From Octopus vulgaris (lineage: Eukaryota): a stretch of 64,000 nt of DNA. Under the pieces are notes generated by a model. That model was not told where the DNA came from, made no database searches, and saw only the letters and a program-made list of their open reading frames with translations. The stretch is taken from positions 116,808,001 to 116,872,000 of the forward strand of contig OX597822.1 in the NCBI GenBank assembly GCA_951406725.2, written 5' to 3'. The position numbers and the translations under genes were made by a program. This document shows positions 37,081 to 50,654 of the stretch, piece after piece (the stretch's first letter is position 1; the number at the start of each line of letters is the position of its first letter).

Positions 37081-38084
37081 TATGGATATAGCTGTGTGGT
37101 TGAGAAGCTTGCTTTCCAAGCAAGTAGCTTCAGGTTCAGTCCCACTGTGTGGCATTTAGGGCAAGTGTCTTCTGCTATAACCTCAAGCCAACCAGTGCTT
37201 TGTCAGTGGATTTGGTAGACAAAAACTTAAAGAAGACCATTGTGTGTATGTGTGTGCCTGTGTTTGTCTCCCGACCATCACTTGACAACTGGTGTTGGTG
37301 TGTTTATATCCCTGTAACTTAGCAGTTCAGCAAAAGAGAGTGATAGCATAAGAACTACGCTTACAAAAAATAAATCCTGCAGTTGATTTCTTCGATTAAA
37401 ATTCTTTAAGGCAGTGCTCCAGCATGGCCACAATCAAATGACTGAAACAAATAACAGAATATAACCATTGCATTTGACAGAGTAATTTGAATGGCAAATG
37501 GTTAAAATACCTGTTATGTCTTGTTCTGCACAATGGAGTAAAATATCAAAATAATACCCAATCCAGAATTATCCCATATCTTTGTGTTCAAAAAGACAAT
37601 TCATATTTCAATATCCCTCACCCTTGTATTCACAATAAACATATAGTTTTCGTCATCATGATCATCATTTAACATCCTCTTTTCCATGCTGGCATGGGTC
37701 AGACAGAATTTGTTGAGGCAGATTTCTAACAGCTGGATGCCTTTCCTGTTGCCAAGTATATATCCAGTTATATATATATATATATACTACTTATTTCTTT
37801 ATCCCTTCTCTTCCTATGGTCTGCCTTTGACGTCAGATCTATTAACGTTTTTTTTTTAAATACTTAATAATGTTCTGTTTATCATTTATGCAGTCATCAA
37901 AATTGTTATAATGTCTTGTTGTTGGGATGGGTTCTCTTTCTTTCTTGATGAGAAGATTACATTATTTTACACCGTTTATTCCTTTGGAATAAAACCAATG
38001 TTGTCTTCGAAACATATGTCAAAAGTAAAAGAAATTGAATAACACCTGCATTCAACACCATTTATTTATATATATATATATATA

Positions 38085-40345
38085 TCTTATTATAAAAGCA
38101 GATTTTATCTGCCTCCCTTTGTCAGTTATAGAAATCTACAATATAGGATTTCTTCAATTACAATTTACTTAGCATTTTTAAGAGTAGAATGCATCGGGTT
38201 TTGCCAGGTCCACTTTTTAAAATTTAAATTCCAATTAAGCAAAATTTACAGAAAACTCACATTCTGGTGTGTATGTCAAATGCTTTTCTTAATGTGTTTT
38301 ACACCACACGCACACGCACACACACAGTGTGCAACGAATAAAATGAAAGTAATTCACCTTTTGTAGTGAGTGACTCTTTCAGTCTGCCACTTCCTCTTTA
38401 CACACATAGACACGCAAATATATAAATAAAATTGTAAGCTAACGTGCGTGTGTGTGAGTGTGTGTGTGCATGTGTGTGTGTGAGGGTGCGTGTGTGCGTG
38501 TGTGTGTGTGCGTGCGTGCGCGTGCGTGTGTGACAGGAAAGTATTTTAGGACGAATATAAGACCTATATCGGCGATGTTTCGCTTGTCGTAGCACAGGTT
38601 TCCGTCGATTTCCGTAAAAAAATTATTTTTTTTACATAAGTAATGAGAGCGAAAGAGACTAAGAGAAAGCGATTGTATGACAAGGGAAGTTCTTTTGAAG
38701 TTACCGTGCATGGGACGCATTAATGTACATGTATGTGTGTGTGTGTGTTTGATGGAGTGTGGGAGACAGACAGTATGTTGTGTAAGTGAAGTGCTTCTGT
38801 TAGTGTGTGTGAAGAGACAGAGAGAGTAATGTGTGAAAGAGAGAGATAACTGAAATTTTTTACTCGGTTTATGTGTATATGTATGTATGCATGTATGTGT
38901 GTGTGTGTGTGTATGTATGTGTGTGTGTATGTATGTATGTATGTATGACCGATTCAGTGTTTACATTTTTTACGGAAATCGACGGAAACGTGTGCTACGA
39001 CAAGCGAAACATCGCCCCTATATCCAAGTAGCAGAAAGATCGCCCAAAAGTGTATATAGATATTTAAATGTATTTATATATTCAATACACAGATGTATGT
39101 ATAATGTGTGTATATATTTCCATACACGTAACCATTCACTCCGCACAAAGTTTTTTAGGATGAAAATAAGATCTAAAGTTATCTCTAAGAAACAGAAAGA
39201 TCGCCCAAAAGTGTATATAGATATATAAATCTATTTATATATTCATCTATGCACACATGTATGTATAACGTGTGTGTATATATTTCCATAGAGGTAACCA
39301 TTCACTCCATACAAAGTTTTTTAGCACGAAAATAAGATCTAAAGTTATCTCTAAGAAACAGAAAGATCGCCCAAAAGTGTATATAGATATTTAAATGTAT
39401 TTATATATTCATCTATACACACATGTATGTATAATGTGCGTGTATATATTTCCATAGAGGTAACCATTCAATCCATACATAGTTTTTTAGGACGAAAATA
39501 TTTATATATAAAAGAAAGGTTGTGTGTCTGTCTACTCCGATTTAGATTCCTAACTACTCCCACATTTTGCGATGCAGTTTAACCAAAACCGGGTATCTTA
39601 TAGTCGTGATTCATATCGAGCCCTTCTGGGTATTAGCGCGCGTCTACGATGAGTCTATGATTTTACAAATAATTTACCATCATTTTTTCCCATTTTAATG
39701 CATATTTTTTTAAATAAACGGAAGTAACTCTCAAACTTCACACCAATATGCGTGCTCATATGCGACGTAATATCACATCAGCAGCATTTCCTCACACCCT
39801 CCTTGCACTTGGCGAAGGCAAAATACCAGGGGATGAAAATGGTAATATTGCCATCGATTCCATTTGTACCATTGTTAAGACGCCTTCTGATCTCAGAGAT
39901 GCAGTGTTCCCAGATCTACAAGCTAATTATCAGAATATGGATTGGATTGGCAAAAAGGCTATACTGGTCCCGAGGAATAAAACTGTTCACCATATTAATG
40001 ATGAAATGCTAAAACTCATTCCTGGGGAAGTCTATGTATATCAGTCTATCGATACAACTCCTGACCCAGAGGACGTCATCAACTATCCAATAGAGGTACT
40101 CAATTCCTTTGAGCACCCCGGACTACCACCACACTTTCTCAAACTTAAAGTTGGTGCCCCTATAATGCTCATCAGAAATTTGGTTCCCCCAAAACAATGC
40201 AATGGCACACATTTGATCGTTAAGTCCTTATCTCCCACCGTAAGCTTATATCAATATTTGCCTGAATAATCATCATAATTCAGTGCAATCATTAACAGTA
40301 CTTTCAAGCAATTCAGCCCCGAGCAATGCCGGGCAATTCTGCTAG
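38085..40345 (+). mobile_element. composite non-autonomous Helitron
   Basis: A|TC 5' end and a CCCG-agcaatgc-CGGG hairpin followed by CTAG|T at the 3' end. Contains a helicase fragment, about 160-166-bp tandem units (39033-39500) and a second 5'-end module near 39500. Confidence 0.75.
39748..40269 (+). pseudogene. Helitron RepHel PIF1-like helicase fragment
   Basis: NMR...AILVPRN...HHIN...EVLNSF..PGLPPH.LKLKVGAPIMLIRNL....CNGT. Confidence 0.88.
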
Positions 40346-40372
40346 TACATATATATTTTCTAAGCTATATCC

Positions 40373-40414
<42 letters not shown>

Positions 40415-41483
40415 TATTTATTTCCCCCATAGCTAGACATATTTTTCACATAAGACTGGAATCAAACAACCTTGCTTGTATGGTAATGGTATGATGAGGT
40501 GCTTAAGAAAGGGCACACACAAACACACATATACATATGTGTATGTGTGTGTGCACGCGTGCACCAAATCCACTGACATGACTTTGGTCAACCTGAGACT
40601 ATAGCAGAAGTCACTTACCCAAGGTACCATGCACTGGGACTGAACTCAAGACCACAAGATTTGGAAGCAAGCTTCTTAACCACATAGCCATGCCTGCACC
40701 TAATACTATGTATTAATATTAGTTTCTATTTAATCAAATTTATATATTTGTTGGTGTGTGTGTGTGTGCAAGAGGACGGAGGGTGGGGGTCACCTGTGTT
40801 GGTAAGATTATGGACAGATGATTAATGTTTCAGCAGTTATAATCAGTGAGGAAAGTCTGTCGTTTTATATTATTTAAAATCAATATCATTTAAAAATCAA
40901 TATTTGTCTCACTAAGACAAACCATTAAGTTTCTGGCAAATCTAGTCTCTAACCTAGTTTCAAATCATAGCTGAGAGCAAGACATAATGAAACACAACGA
41001 TCTTGTTCCTCAAGATGATGTAGAGTTATGCAATATGGTAGGCAGAGGATCTGTCCTCCACAACGGAATGGTTAATGCCACTCCCTGCCACTGAAGATGA
41101 TTGGCCTGTGAGAGCCCTGTGCTGGTGCCACATAAAAAGTACCCATGCTGGCACCATGTAGAAGCACCCAACACACCCTGTAAAGTGGTTGGTGTTAGGA
41201 AGAGCGTCTTGCAGTAGAAACCAAGCCACATCAAACTGGAACCTGATGCAGCTGTTTTGCTTGCTGGCTCTGGTCAAACAGTCCAACCCATGCCAGCATG
41301 TAAAATGAATGTTAATTGATGACGATGATGACAGTGAGAAATCATGCAACATAACAACAACATGTAAACAAATAACACCCTTCTGAGAAGCCATTGTTTA
41401 CATACAGCGAACACACACAAAGACTAGGGAAAACATGAACTTACACTTGTTATAGGTATAGCTATGTCTTGCTTTATAATATA

Positions 41484-41873
41484 TTAGCAGTATTGCCCGG
41501 CGTTGCTCGGGTTCATTTCGATCCTTTAGAATTGGAATTTTTGAAAAGTAAAAATTTTGCATTATGTAGCTTGTCATTCTCTTTAAGGGAACATTTTTCT
41601 GGTTGAAATACACCGAAAAGTGGCAACACAGCAGTGAAAAAATCGTAAAAAATAGGGATTTTCATAGAAAAAAAAGCATTTTTTTGATGTAAATAATTTT
41701 TTTGGTGTTAACATGGTCCAATTTGAATTTTATCTTCTACGGAAGGCAGAGCAAGCCTTCTTCTATCATACTCTCAATTTTGGTCAACTTGCGCCACAGG
41801 GTCTCAGAGATAGTGTTAGTTGAAGGCTACCAAACCTGCGACACACAGACAACTTCAGCTTTATATATATAGA
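41484..41873 (-). mobile_element. short non-autonomous Helitron
   Basis: TCTATATATATAAAG 5' end, cccgagcaacgccggg hairpin and CTAA (from CTAG) 3' end. Same family as 54308-54651. Confidence 0.8.
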
Positions 41874-42915
41874 CAATGTATAGTATAGTTAAACACACAT
41901 GTTGTGGTCATGTTGTATATTTATATATATGAATATTTTATACATGTTAAGAAATTCACTTTGGAAATACACAGTAATGAGTTTGCTCCTGCTGCAAGAA
42001 TGTTGTTAGGTGCAGGAGTGGCTTTGTGGTAAGTCGCTTGCTTACCAGCCACATGGTTCCAGGTTCAGTCCCACTGGGTGGCACTTTGGGCAGGTGTCTT
42101 CTACTATAGCTTCAAGTCAACCAAAGCCTTGTGAGTGGATTTGGTAGGCAGAAACTGAAAGAAGCCCATCATATATATATATATCATCATCGTTTAACGT
42201 CCACTTTCCATGCCATGGGCTGGATGATTTTTCACATAAGACTGGAATCAAACAACCTTGCTGCACCAGGCTCTAATCTGATCTGGCAGGGTTTCTACAG
42301 CTGGATGCCCTTCCTAATGCCAACCACTCCAAGAGTGTAGTGGGTGATTTTACATGCCACTAGCACGAGGGCCAGTCAGGCAGTACTGGCAATGGCCATG
42401 CTCAAATGGTGCTCGTTATGTGCCACCTGCACAGGAGCCAATCCAGCGACACTGGCAACGACCTCACTCGAATGTTTGTGTCAGTGCTTGTTCCCCCACC
42501 ATCGCTTAACAACCAATGCTGATGTGTTTGTGTCTCTGTAACTTAGTGGTTCAGCAAAAGAGACCGATACAATAAGTACTAGGCTTAAAAAGAACAAGCC
42601 CTGGGGTCGATTTGTTTGACTAAAGGCGGTGCTCCAGCATGGCCACCACAGTCAAATGACTGAAACAAATAAAAGAATACTATACTGTATATAGTATACT
42701 ATAGCCATGGGTTGAGCGAAACCTTCTCAGTGAAACTGGTAGACAGGTATATATATACATCTACATCAAATATCATCATCATTTTATGACTGCTTTCCAT
42801 GCTGGTGTGGGTTGGACAGTTCAACAGGGAAACAGCAAGCTGCAAGGCTTTGCTGATCTCCAATGTCATCTGTCTGTTTGTCTGCCTCTCTCTCTCTCTC
42901 TCTCACTCCATACAT

Positions 42916-43196
42916 TAATAATTATAAACTTAAGTTTATAAGCACTCACTGTATATTGGTTGTAGAAAATAGTTTAATAATGGGACCTATAAGCCCTTGA
43001 CAAAAAAAAAAAAATGGATATTAATACTTGTGGGAATCGAACCAGCATTTATGAAAATAAGAGGTGGGGGTTCAATTCCAACATGTACTAATAACAACTT
43101 TTTTTTTTTCTATCCAGAGCTTATATGCCCCAGTATTAAACTATTTTCCATAGCCAATACACAGTGAATGCTTATAAGCCTAAGCTTATAATTATA
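42916..43196. repeat. imperfect palindromic element with divergent tRNA-like B boxes
   Basis: Arms of about 128 bp, with ggaatcgaacc / ggttcaattcc next to the centre. Related to 31912-32220. Confidence 0.75.
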
Positions 43197-43928
43197 TTTA
43201 CAGAATTTTCATTCATAACCATTTCTCAACTTATGTAGAACACACACATCCATATTATACATGAATGTATGTGTGTGTATCCTGCATGTATACATTTCTG
43301 TGAATGAATTCATATTGTTTGCTTCGTCATTATGTGCATTTGCAGTTTGTAAACAAAACAAGAGCCTCACCAGCAATACAGGTCATGTTGTATGCTTGCA
43401 GTCAACCATGAAAGCACAACTGGGTTTCTTACACTGAATTGACATGTTGCCTGAGCTTTCTAAACAAAAAGGCTTGTAACTATGCTGCTCAGATCATTCA
43501 CTCTTTGACTGACTTGCTTGGAAACAGGTGAGGGTTAGTAGCAAGAAGGGCATCTGGCCATAGAAAAATCTGTCTTGACAAATTCCGTCTGTCTTATGTG
43601 AGCATAGGAAAGTGAAGGTTAAAACAACGATAAACCATCATCATCATTTGTTCATGCTGGTATGGGTTGGACGGAGAGCTTCACCGGACTCCAGTCGGAT
43701 TTGGAATGGTTTCTATGGATGGATGTCCTTTCTAATGTCAACACCTTTACAGAGTGTGCTGGGTGTTGTCATGTGACACCACATGAACACTTGTATGTGG
43801 CACTGCCCAAGCGCTTTTACATGACACCAGAGTACAGGACTTTTGCAGGCCAGTCCTCTTCACCTGTAGCCCAGCCATAACACTTCTGCTGTGGAATCTG
43901 GGTCTTCTTAAGTTATAGCAAGGCTCCA

Positions 43929-43978
<50 letters not shown>

Positions 43979-43983
43979 TATAC

Positions 43984-44350
43984 TCTTTTACTTGTTTCAG
44001 TCATTTGACTGTGGCCATGCAAGAGCACCGCCTTTTAGTCGAGCAAATTGACCCCAGGACTTATTCTTTGTAAGCCTAGTACTTATTCTATCGGTCTCTT
44101 TTGCCGAACTGCTAAGTTACAGGGGCGTAAAACACCAGCATCGGTTGTCAAGTGATGTTGGGGGGACAAACATATATACACACATACATATATACGACGG
44201 GCTTCTTTCAGTTTCCATCTACCAAATACACTTACAAGGCTTTGGTTGGCCTGAGGCTATAGTAGAAGACACTTGCCCAAGGTGCCATGCAGTGGGACTG
44301 AACCCAGAACGATGTGGTTCATAAGCAAGCTGCTTACCACACAGCCACAT
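43984..44350 (-). mobile_element. SINE family B, full length
   Basis: Reverse complement of 15068-15450. Confidence 0.8.
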
Positions 44351-44778
44351 GCAAGTTGTAGACATAGCTAGGTCATGTTTTACAGTTATACCATGTTGTA
44401 TAGTTATATACACCAATTCCAACAGCCCTAAGCAAGCATGGAAAAGTAAATGTTCAAACAATGGTGACAGTATAGACCTTGTTAAGCAAAACATAAAAAT
44501 TAATCACAAACGAGAATGTGTTAAAGTGTTGTTTATTCTCTGTGTTAATCACCTGCAATATGAGAGAGGACTTGATCTGCCATTCAACCCTAGGCCTTGT
44601 TTGCCACCTAACTGGAAGTCCCTTTTTTCTGCTGACCTGTTCAATAACTAGTCTGCAGTAAAAGTCCTCCTCATCTACAGTCCGTCTCTTATGAGTTCAC
44701 AGGAAATGGATAACAATAGTTATATATTATACCTGTTGTAGACATAGCTAGGTCATGTTGTACAGTTATATTACATTG

Positions 44779-44822
<44 letters not shown>

Positions 44823-45934
44823 TATACGCACACACACACTTTGTGGACAAAAATCATGTTGTGACGTTATATGTACCTACATATTGTAGACCAAGATATG
44901 TCAAGTTATAATGTAAGGTAATATAGCATATATTTAACTGGATACTAATCTTAATAATGGAATTCTTGACAACCAAGGCCATTCTGACACTAAAGAAGAA
45001 CAATAATACAAGGAGGGAGTTGAACAAAAAAGAAATATTTTATTGAAGTCGTCCTAGAGTTTTGGTCATAAAATGCGTGTGTCTATTTGCCGGCCTATTG
45101 ACTAGTACAATGATTGAATAGAGTGGTATGTGACTAATGAACACCGAATTAGCCATTCTCATACACAAACAGATAATAACAGTAATTAATCTGTCAGTAA
45201 ATGAACAGCTGCTCTGGGTTTCTCGTTAATAACATTTGTTGAACTTTTTAAATAAATATACCGTGAAGATGATGGTGGTGATGATGATGATGAGCTAACA
45301 ACAATAAAAAGTGCAAAAATTCTGTTATAGAGAGGAAAGGCTTTAATGTGTCTACAACAGAGTAGAAGGGCTCCTGTTGCAGCCTTGAATACATTATCAG
45401 AGATTTTTAATAAGAATATCTTCTCAAATAAAATGTTGGATAAAACAACTTGCAGTATTTGCTCTGGATCTTTGCATTTTGAGTTCAAATCACAACAAGG
45501 TAAACTTTGCTTAACTGGTACTTATTTTATCAACCCCACCAAAAGGATGAAAGGCAAAGCTGAACTCAGTGTAATTTAAACTCAGAATATAAAGACAGAC
45601 AAAATGCCACTAAGCATTCTGCCCGGTGTGCTGACAATCCAGTTAACTTGCCATTTTGGTGATTCCATTATATTGATTTCAAATTTTGGCACAAAGCAAG
45701 TTCAAGAAAGGGGTTAAGTCAATTACATCAACCCCAGTATTTCACTGGTACTTATTTTATCAAATCCAAATGGATGAAAGGCAAAGCTGACCTCAGTCGA
45801 ATTTGAACTCGGAACATAAAGATGGACGAAATGCCACTAAGCATTTTGCTCAGCATGCTAACGATTCTGCCAGCTTGATGCCTTTGTGATTTCATAATAT
45901 TAATGTGACATGATAATACATATGTGACTTGAAG

Positions 45935-46165
45935 GGCAGTGAGCTGGCAGAATGGTTAGCACGTCGGGCGAAATGCTTAGCGGTATTTCGTCTGTCGCTA
46001 CGTTCTAAGTTCAAATTCCACCGAGGTCGACTTTGCCTTTCATCCTTTCGGGGTCGATAAATTAAGTACCAGTTAAGCACTGGGGTCGATGTAGCTGACT
46101 TAAGCCCTTTGTTTGTCCTTGCTTGTCCCCACTGTGTTTAGCCCCTTGTGGGCAATAAAGAAATA
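45935..46165 (+). mobile_element. SINE family A, full length
   Basis: Near-identical to 7369-7600. Confidence 0.8.
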
Positions 46166-46924
46166 AATACATATGAGACTTTTTCTGTTTGGGTTTTCGA
46201 TATTTTATTCCAAGTGAAATTTATTCATAAAATTGCAAAAGTATTAAAACTGAGGAATAATTAAGGCTGCAGATTACAAAAGCCAAAGATTAAGATTGTT
46301 GGGCACAGCAATTTCTTTGTGTTCTTTACTAGGTTAAGATGTTGTGCTTGCTTCTGCCAATACCTAAGAGAAAGATAAGTACCACTTGTAGCCTGGATGT
46401 TTGTTGTGTGCTAAAAATAGCACCTGAGCTCCCTCAATTGTAACAAACTGAAACATTTCTAGAACTCTTCACGACAAATGTAAGATCGCTAAACAAATAA
46501 ACATTTTGATATAATTCTGTGGGAGACAAGTAATGAGAGGGGGGGGCAGGGGGTAAATACTGCTATAATAAACAGCTTCTCTTAGAGTTGTCTTGGCACA
46601 TTACAATCCTGCTCCATAGTTTGGTTAGAGGCGAATATTCAGAGATTTTTGATAAGAATATCTTTGTTTCAATAAAATTGGAACCAAAACAACTTGCAGT
46701 TCTCAACTATTTTTGTTTTTTTTATCTATAAACCCCTTTGATTACTATTTTATTCAGGTGGACCCCCAAAGCTGCTTTTTTGTTTCAAAACTAGTTTTAT
46801 AGAAACTTCTTTAAAACTTCCTATTTTCTTTTTCACTCATTAACTTGTTTGAGTTGAATTATGCAAAACTTTCGAGAAAGAAATCTAGCTGTTTCTTGCA
46901 ATATATACTAATAACGATAAACGT

Positions 46925-47483
46925 CGCCCTTTCCAAGCCTAGCCAGGCTCATGGGCCCGGTTCCTATGGCGTATGTGTTCCCCCCAGCTGGACGGGATGC
47001 CGGTCCATCGCAGCGTTACTCAAGAAACAAGAAGAGAGAGTGAGAGAAAGTTGTGGTGAAAGAGTACAACAGGGGTTGCCACCCCCCACCCCCCGTGGGA
47101 GCCTCGTGGACCTTTTAGGTGTTTTCGCTCAATAAACACACACAACGCCCGGTCTGGGAATCGAAATCGTGATCCTCCAACTGTGAGTCCGCTGCCCTAA
47201 CCACTGGGCCATTGCACTTCCACATATAAATAAATGCACCCTTTTAAAGCCTAGCCAGGCTCATGGGCCCGGTTTCCCGGTTTCAATGGCGTATGTGTTC
47301 CCCAGCTGGACGGGACGCCAGTCCATGACAGCGTTAGTCATTTTTGCCAGCTGAGTGGATTGGAGCAACGGGAAATGAGGTGTTTTGCCCAAGAACAGAA
47401 CACGTCGCCCAGGCCAAGAATCAAAACCACAATCTTACGATCATGATGCTGACATCCTAACTACTAAGTCACGTGCTTCCACA
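46925..47483 (-). mobile_element. two tandem tRNA-derived SINEs (family C variants)
   Basis: Heads gtggaag..ca.tggc..agtggttagg...ttcgattcc and a shared tail aagcctagccaggctcatgggccc. Relatives at 8225-8490 and 23413-23658. Confidence 0.75.
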
Positions 47484-48805
47484 ATATATACTAATACATA
47501 CATCTAAAGCAAAATATTTTCAGGGGCTCTTAGAATATCACTGTGGATTCCCAGTTTACTATTTTGATGTGTGGACTCCACAAAAATCTTATATGAACTC
47601 TCTGGGCCCTGGTTGAAAACCACTGCCTTAATCCCTTTGATTACCAACCCAGCTAAGACCATTCCTGGTTCTATGATACAAACTAACAGTTTTAGTGATC
47701 TAAATTGAAACTTTCTGTCGAAATCTCATGTCATTTTAAGTTCTAAACAAACAGCAACTTAATAGTGACAAAGCTATTTTACTAAATTCTTTATTATTTG
47801 CAAAATTAATTAAAACAAAAGCAGTACATTTCAACAGAAATATGGTAACTGATCTAATTACTCCTGGCTATGAATATAAAAACTACATCCCTCTGCCAAG
47901 CCACGTTGAGCCAGTGTGAGAGAGTAGGCTCATCAAACCAATAGGATCTCAAGCTCAAATTTTCAAGTCTCCACATGGTTAGTGGAGAGAACATGTTGAG
48001 GCCCTTGTCCTGCACTGGCCTGTACATGGACAATCAAATCCTAAAGCACCAGTATATGATGTTCATATTTCCAAGAGATATTAAGAATATGGTGTTTCTA
48101 ACAAAAGTCACCAGGGATAGTAAAATCTACCTTTTACTTGTTTCAGTCATTAGACTGTGGCCATGCTGGGGCATTACCTTGAAGAATTTTCAGTCAAATG
48201 AATCAATCCCAGTATTTTTGTTAAGCCTGGTACTTATTCTATCAGTGTCTTTTGCTAAACTGCTAAGTTACAGGGACATAAACACACCAACATCAGTTGT
48301 CAAGCAGTGGTGGGGGACAAACAGACACACTCCACACCAGAAATGTTAAGCCCAATCCTTCTGGTGGCGTAAGGCACTTGTAGTGGTGCCACATAAAAGC
48401 ACCCAGCACACTCTGTAAAGTGGTTGGTGTTAGGAAGGGTGTCCACCCGTAGAAATCATGCCAAATCAAACCGGAGTCCGGTGCAGGCCTCCAACTTGCC
48501 AGTTCTGGTCAAACTGTCCAACCCATGCCAGCATGGACAATGGACATTAAATGATGATAATGATATATATATATATATCAGTGTCCGTCTACCAAATCCA
48601 CTCACAAGGCTTTGGTTGGCCCAAGGCTATAGTAGAAGACACTTGCCCAAGGTGTCACACAGTGGGACTGAACCTGGAACCATATGGATGGGAGTTTAGG
48701 AAATTTTAAGGACTGCAATAATTTATTTTTCTCTTTCTTTAAATTTTTATTTAAAGCAAACGACTGAAAATTTGTGAAAGCTAAACTAATGAATGAAATA
48801 CAAAC

Positions 48806-48853
48806 CATCTGGTCTTCCTCATTGCCATTGATATAGTCTCTGTCGGGCAGCAT
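48806..48853 (-). CDS. ATP13A3: P5B-type ATPase (ATP13A3-like), likely first coding exon (exon spans 48806-48891)
   Basis: Acceptor tttcattacag before 48891 and donor gtttgt after 48806. MLPDRDYINGNEEDQM resembles the ATP13A3 N-terminus (INxGQEDEM). The start codon is uncertain because the frame is open upstream. Confidence 0.8.
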
Positions 48854-49047
48854 TGGGGGCAGCCCGAATAAAGCCTGATTAACCTTGACATCTGTAATGA
48901 AATAAAAAAAAACAAACATGAAACAAACTAGACATAAAAGGAAACAAAGGAAGACATTATAAAACGTTGTGCTGTAGCTTGGCCATCACTTGCAAGCGAG
49001 TATGACTTAATAGCTCATACTGCACTTTTGCTTGTTGTTTTAGGTAC

Positions 49048-49119
49048 CTATGTAGATAGAGACACACCCCTGTTGTGCGCTCCAGCCCTTGACTCGGAAG
49101 AATATGCAGAATGTGGCAG
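49048..49119 (-). other. possible upstream (5'UTR or coding) exon of the P5B ATPase
   Basis: (CT)n tract + cttctag acceptor and a weak AG|gtacct donor. 72 nt, phase-compatible with the 48891 exon. No homology support. Confidence 0.3.
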
Positions 49120-49128
49120 CTAGAAGAG

Positions 49129-49165
<37 letters not shown>

Positions 49166-49624
49166 GAGAGATAGAGAGTAGAACTTCACCAGCAAAAAAA
49201 AAAAAGCATGGCTGTGTGGTTGAGAAGCTTCTTTTACAACCATTGTAGTCTTAGGGTGAGTCCCTTGGCATAGTAGCTTGAGCAAGTATCTTCTACTATA
49301 GCTCCAGACTGACAAAAAGCCTTGAGAATGGATTTATCAGAGAGAAACCGAAAGAAGTGTGTCACATATATACACATCAGAATCGAAATCGATCAATGGA
49401 AATTGCAGCTGAGTTACCACTGCTGGTGGCACGTAAGAGAACCATCCGTTCGTGGCCATTGCCAGCGCCACCCTGACTGGCCTCGTGCTGGTGGCACGTA
49501 AAAGGCACCATCCGTTCGTAGCGGACGCTAAATGTTGATGATAATGATGTATGTATGTATGTATTACTCATATCAGACAGGTATGTTCGATTTTTAATGC
49601 TCTCAAATCCAAACCTAAAGAAAT

Positions 49625-49688
49625 CTTGGGCTGATGATGGAAATGTTGATCTCTTTATCCAACTAATCCAGAAACGGCCGTTCTCAGG
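49625..49688 (+). ncRNA. type I hammerhead ribozyme motif
   Basis: CTTGGG-CTGATGA-TGGA(25 nt)TCCA-GAAACGGCCGTT-CTCAGG, with palindromic stem III ACGGCCGT. Confidence 0.72.
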
Positions 49689-49876
49689 TAATCTTATATA
49701 CGTGTGATCTTTTGCTATTTTTCCCTCTATACCTGTGTGAATTATTTTTGAGTATACATTCTCTGGGAGACTTTTCTTATAGTAGAGGAAATAGCTAAGA
49801 TCTTTTGGCTGCTATTTCTAAAAGTTCGGTGTGTGGTAAAGTAAATTATTTTACTGAACCCTAATTATATAACGTT

Positions 49877-49924
<48 letters not shown>

Positions 49925-49925
<1 letters not shown>

Positions 49926-50654
49926 TAGCAGTATCGCCCGGCGTTGCTCGGGTTTGTAAGGGAAATAACTATATAAGCATTTTTAGAGATGTAAAGCATA
50001 ATAGCCATCTCAATATGGCTAACCACAAAGGGAGGGTGTTACTGTAGCTTTTTACGTTCTGAGATTTAATAATAAATTTTTAGAAAGTTACTTCCCTTAT
50101 ATATGCCAAAAATGCATTAAAAATGGGGAAAATTGATGGTAAATTTTTTTTTTAAATCGTAGACTCATTGTAGACGCGCGCTAATACCCAGAAGGGCTTG
50201 ATATGAATCACGACTATAAGATACCCGGTTTTGGTTATATATATATACTAGCAGTATATATATATATATACTAGCAGTATCGCCCGGCGTTGCTCGGGTT
50301 CGTAAGGGAAATAACTATATAAGCATTTTTAGAGAGTTATAGCCAAAAAATAGCAAAAAAATGCATTAAAAATGGAAAAAAAATAATGGTAAATTTTTTA
50401 AATCGTTGACTCATCGTAGACATTTTTAGAGAGTTACTTCCCTTATATAATAGCGAAAAAATGCATTAAAATGGAAAAAAATGATGGTAAATTATTTTTT
50501 AAATCGTAGACTCATGCTAATACCCTGAAGGGCTTGATATGAATCACGACTATAAGATATCTGGTTTTGGTTAAACTGCACCGCAAAATGTGGGAGTAGT
50601 TAGGAATCTAAATCGTAGGAGACAGACACACAACTTGACTTTTATATATAAAGA
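49925..50654 (-). mobile_element. non-autonomous Helitron with duplicated 3' ends
   Basis: TC 5' end at 50654. Hairpin+CTAG ends at 50271 and 49925, plus a stub at 50248. Inserted in (TA)n. Homologous to 39500-39710. Confidence 0.82.
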
